This document shows, piece after piece, positions 58,401-64,000 of a DNA stretch of 64,000 bases (position 1 is its first letter; each line of letters opens with the position of its first letter). Origin of the DNA: the human T2T-CHM13v2.0 reference genome, Homo sapiens; the NCBI RefSeq assembly GCF_009914755.1, contig NC_060939.1; one strand, given 5' to 3'. The notes beneath the pieces were generated by a model. The model had not been told where the DNA came from. It did not search any database and saw nothing but the letters and a program-made list of their open reading frames with translations. Position numbers and translations under genes: made by a program.

Positions 58401-60578
58401 TGAGATTACAGGCATGTGTCACCATGCCCAGCTAATTTTTGATATTTAGTAGAGACGGGGTTTCACCATTTTGGCCAGGCTGGTCTTGAACTCCTGACCT
58501 CGTGATCCACCCGCCTCGGCCTCCCAAAGTGCTGGGATTACAGGCGCGAGCCACTGCACCTGGCCTAATTTTTGTATTTTTAGTAGAGACAGGGTTTCAC
58601 CATGTTGGGCAGGATGGTCTCAATCTCCTCACCTCTTGATCTGCCTGCCTCAGCCTCTCAAAGTGCTGGGATTACAAGCACGAGCCACTGTGCCTGGCCT
58701 ACTGTTAGCTTTTTAATTGCATTTTCTTTTACTACTATTTTAGTGGTCATCTTAGAGATTATAAAATGCATCCTTGATTTATTTCAATCTACATTAAGTT
58801 AGAACATTTACAATTTATACTTAAATGAAGCAATAACCTTATAACAGTTAACTCCCATTTAGTACCCACCCTCTTTGGTTTTATTGTTGTCATATATTTA
58901 CTTTTTTGATTTTTTTTGAGACAGGGTCTTCCTGTGTTGCCTAAGCTGGAGGGCAGTGGCATGATCTTGGCTCACTGGAACCTCAACCTCCTGGGCTCAA
59001 ACGATCCTCCTGCCTTAGCCTCTCCAGTAGCTGAGAACAGTAGCTGAGACCACAGGCATGCATTGCTGTGCCTGGCTAATTTTTTTTAAAATTTTTTATA
59101 GAGATAGGGTCTTGTTATGTTGTCCAGGCTGGTCTGAAAATCCTGGCATCGAGTAATCCTTCCACATGGGCATCCCAAAGTGCTGAGATTACAGGTGTGA
59201 GCCACCACACTGGGTCTCATATACTTGCTTTTATGTGAAAAATCTTATGAGATGTTGTTTTAAATAGCCAATATTTGATTCTCATTGGACACATTTTTAC
59301 TCTTTCCTTGTGCTCTTCATTCCTTCTTGCAGTACCATCAGGGATCATTTTCCATCAGCCTGAAAAATTCCCTCAGCCTGGGCAACATAGGGAGACCTCA
59401 TCTCTACAAATACTTAAAAAAAATTAGTTGGATATGGCGGTGCACGGCTGTGGTCTCAGCTACTCAGGAGGTTGAGGCAGGGGGATAGCCTGAGCCCGAG
59501 AGGCCAGGGATGCAGTGAGCTGTGACAGCGCTACTGCACTCTAGCCTGGGTGACAGAGCGAGAGCGAGACCTGGTCTCAAAAAATAAAAGACAAAAACAA
59601 AAATAAACCTTCTCTAGTTTTTCTTTTCTTTCTTTTCTTTTTTTTTTTTTTTTTTTTTTTTGAGACTGGGTCTTGCTCTGTCACCCAGGTTGGAGTGCAG
59701 TGGCACAATCACAGCTCACTGTAGCCTCGAACTGCAGGGTAGCTGGGACTATAAGTGTGCACCACCACTCCTGGCCAATTTTTTATTTTTTGTAGAGATG
59801 TGGTCTTACCATGTTGCTCATATGGTCTTGAATTTCTGGCGTCAAACAATCCTCCCAAAGTGCTGAGACAGGACCCATGAGCCACCGTGCAAACCTCCTC
59901 AAGTATTTCTTATAGTGCAGATGTGCACTAGTAACAAAGCACATTCTTTCCGCTTTTGTCTGTCTGACAACATGTTTCTTTTACTTTATTTTTTGAAGTG
60001 GGCATATAATTGTAGCTTGGCAGGTTTTTTTTTTAGCATTTTATTTTATTTTATTTTATTTTATTTTTGGAAGAGAGTCTGGCTCTGTTGCCCAGGTTTG
60101 AGTGCAGTGGCACAATCTCGGCTCACTGCAGCCTCGCCTCCTGGATTCAAGTGATTCTTATGCCTCGGCCTCCTGAGTAGCTGAGATTACAGGCATGCAC
60201 CAGTATGCCCAGCTAATTTTTGTAGTTTTAGTAGAGATGGGGTTTTGCCATGTTGGCCAGGCTGGTCTTGAACTCCTAACCTCAAGTGATCTGCCTGCCT
60301 CGGCCTCCCAAAGTGTTGGGATCACAGGTGTGAACCACTGTCCCCAACTCTTTTTAGCATTTTAAAGATGTCATTTCATTATTGTCTGGCTTCCATAGTC
60401 TGCCATCAGTTGTATTGCTGGTATCTCTGTCTCTCTCTCTCTTTTAAAATGTGGTTTCTTTTAAGACTTTCTACTTTGTCTTTGATTTTCAGTAATTTAA
60501 CTGTGATGAGGCTAACTGTAGTTTACTTTATGCTTACTCTGCTTGGAGCTCATTGATATTCTTGAATCTATGGCTTGA

Positions 60579-61067
<489 letters not shown>

Positions 61068-62408
61068 TGATGTGATCCTGATCCTCCCACTAAAGTAGCT
61101 GGAACTACAGTTGTATACCACTATGCCTGGCTAATTTTTGTATTTTTTGTAGAGACAGGGTTTTGCCATGTTGGCTAGGCTGGTCTTGAACTCCTGGGCT
61201 CAAGTGATCCTCCCACTTCAGCCTCCCAAAGTGCTTGGAATACAGTCGTGAGCTACCATGCCCAGCCCATTATTTCTTCAAATACTGCTTCTCTCCTATT
61301 CCCTCTCTTCTCTCCTTAAGGAATTCCAAACACGTATGTTAGACCTTTTGAGCACATCCCGTGCATCTCTTATACTCAGTTCTGTTTTTCCTTCTATTAT
61401 TCTTTTTGCTTTGTGCTTCAATTTGAATAATTTCTATTGACTGGTCTTTAAGTTCACGAGTCTTGCCTTCTGCTGTATATAGTCTCTTGCTAAACCTATC
61501 CAGTGAGTTCTTAATTTCAAATATATTTTGCAGTCCAAAATGTCAGTTTTTTGGCTGGGTGCAGTGACTCATGCCTGTAATCTCAGCATTTTGGGAGGCT
61601 GAGGCAGGTGGATCACTTAAGCTCGGGAGTTTGAGACCAGCCTGGGCAACATGGCAAAACCCTATCTCTACAAAAAATACAAAAAATATCTGGGTGTTCC
61701 CTTTTCCCTTCCCCTTCCCTTTCTTTTCCTTTCCTTTTCTTTGACGGAGTCTCGCTGTGTCGCCCAGGCTGGAGTGCAGTGGCACAATCTCAGCTCACTG
61801 CAACCTCCTCCTTCTGGTTTCAAGTGATTCTCCTGCCTCAGCCTCCTGAGTAGCTGGGATTACAGGCACCCGCCACCACGCCTGGCTAATTTTTGCTTTT
61901 TTTTTTTTTTTTTTGAGACAGAGTCTCACTGTGTTGCCCAGGCTGGAGTGCAGTGGCACGATCTTGGCTCACTGCAAGCTCGCCTCCTGGGTTCAAGCGA
62001 TTCTTCTGCCTCAGCCTCCTGAGTAGCTGGGAGTACAGGTGCATGCCACCACGCCCAGCTAATTTTTGTATTTTTAGTAGAGACGGGGTTTCCCCATATT
62101 GGCCAGGCTGGTCTCGAACTCCTGACCTCATGATCCGCCCGCCTCGGCCCCCCAAAGTGCTGGGATTATAGGCGTGAGCCACATCGCCCGGCCAATTTTT
62201 GCATTTTTAGTAGAGATGGGGTTTCACCATGTTGGGCAGGCTGGTCTCAAACTCCGACCTTGTGTTCCACCCACCTTGGCCTCCCAAAGTGCTGGGATTA
62301 CAGGCATGAGCCACCACACCCGGCCAGATACTTATTTTCTTGGCCCATTGAGACTGTGACTTCCTGCTTGGTCCACTTCCTTGCACCTGAGTTTGGGAAA
62401 TGGCTTCA

Positions 62409-62738
<330 letters not shown>

Positions 62739-63663
62739 TCACCTCATGTGCATTCCTTCTCCAACGACCATAACCCTGCATTGGCTGCTGTCCAGTGCCT
62801 ACAAACTGTTGTTGGATATTCTATTTTGCCCAGTATTTATGGTTGTTTACCATGGTAGGGTAAATCTGAGATCAATGAGTCTGCCTTGGCTGGAATCAGG
62901 TTTCTCCCTCAGGGGTTTGAGTGGTTGAGGCTAAGTTGAAAGGGTGTGTTTCAGAGCAGCCACAAAGCTGTCTGGACTCTGAGGTCATGCCCAGGAAGCT
63001 GAGAGATGAGGAAATGGAAAAAATGAGTTTGCGGAAGCTGGGAGGACAAGAAAAAGCTGAACAAATGCAGGGTGGTTGTGGGGTGTTTGTGAGGGAAGGG
63101 AGCGGATGCTGAGAGAGCTCAGGAAGTGCCATAGGACCACTCACCACACCCTGTTGTCTTGAATCCCTAGTGCCCACACGCAGTACCACTCTCCAGCCCC
63201 AGGGTCCATGCCTGGACAAGGTCCAGGTCCTACTCTTGGAGTCCTGTGAGGGCCTGTCTCCCTTACTGATAATAATCCCCCAGACTCAAGGGAATCCAAG
63301 GGACCTGCTGATCTGGCAACCAAAAGGACTCAACCTCCCACCACCCCAACAGGTAAAGAAACCAAGGCACAGAGAGGTTAGGTTCCCTTCTGAGGGCCAC
63401 ACAGGAATAAGTTGTACAGCCAGGATAAATACCCACATACTGTAAACTCCTGAGCCTGAGCTCTTAACAAATGGGTTCTCCTACCTCCCATGAACAAGCA
63501 CAATCCAGTCTCTTCTCATGAAAGAAAACCTTCTGGACTCAAGCCCCCAAGGCGGCCCATGAGCTCAAGTAGCCTGTGCCCCCTGCACCCTTGGAAGGCA
63601 TGAGCTTCCTTGGGCCTATACATGGAAGACAAGGCTCTGAACAGGTAGCAAAAGGTCTGGTTA

Positions 63664-63999
<336 letters not shown>

Positions 64000-64000
64000 G

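Overview
Primate (very probably human) genomic DNA, not microbial. Bases ~1-8.7 kb hold the last four coding exons and 3' UTR of PPCDC (phosphopantothenoylcysteine decarboxylase, CoA synthesis) on the + strand. All splice sites are GT-AG and the exons join in frame. The remaining ~55 kb is gene-poor and mostly transposon-derived. It contains dozens of Alus, old L1M fragments, a rearranged class I ERV provirus (LTR, tRNA-Pro PBS, broken gag, integrase with a nested solo LTR, truncated env), solo LTRs (MER39, MER52, LTR16-like, MST in MLT1), small DNA transposons (MER94, Tigger3) and an antisense L1PA. Most ORFs in the track are Alu or chance ORFs. I found no convincing new multi-gene system. 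The most notable signals are a precisely spliced L1 insertion (SpIRE 97/976 junction), an uninterrupted 141-codon truncated Env ORF, an Alu flanked by a ~130-bp target duplication, a nearly spacer-less inverted AluY pair, two Alu junctions lacking TSDs that imply deletions, and an open frame behind the PPCDC TGA-C stop. Repeat subfamily names come from recalled consensus sequences and need RepeatMasker/Dfam confirmation.
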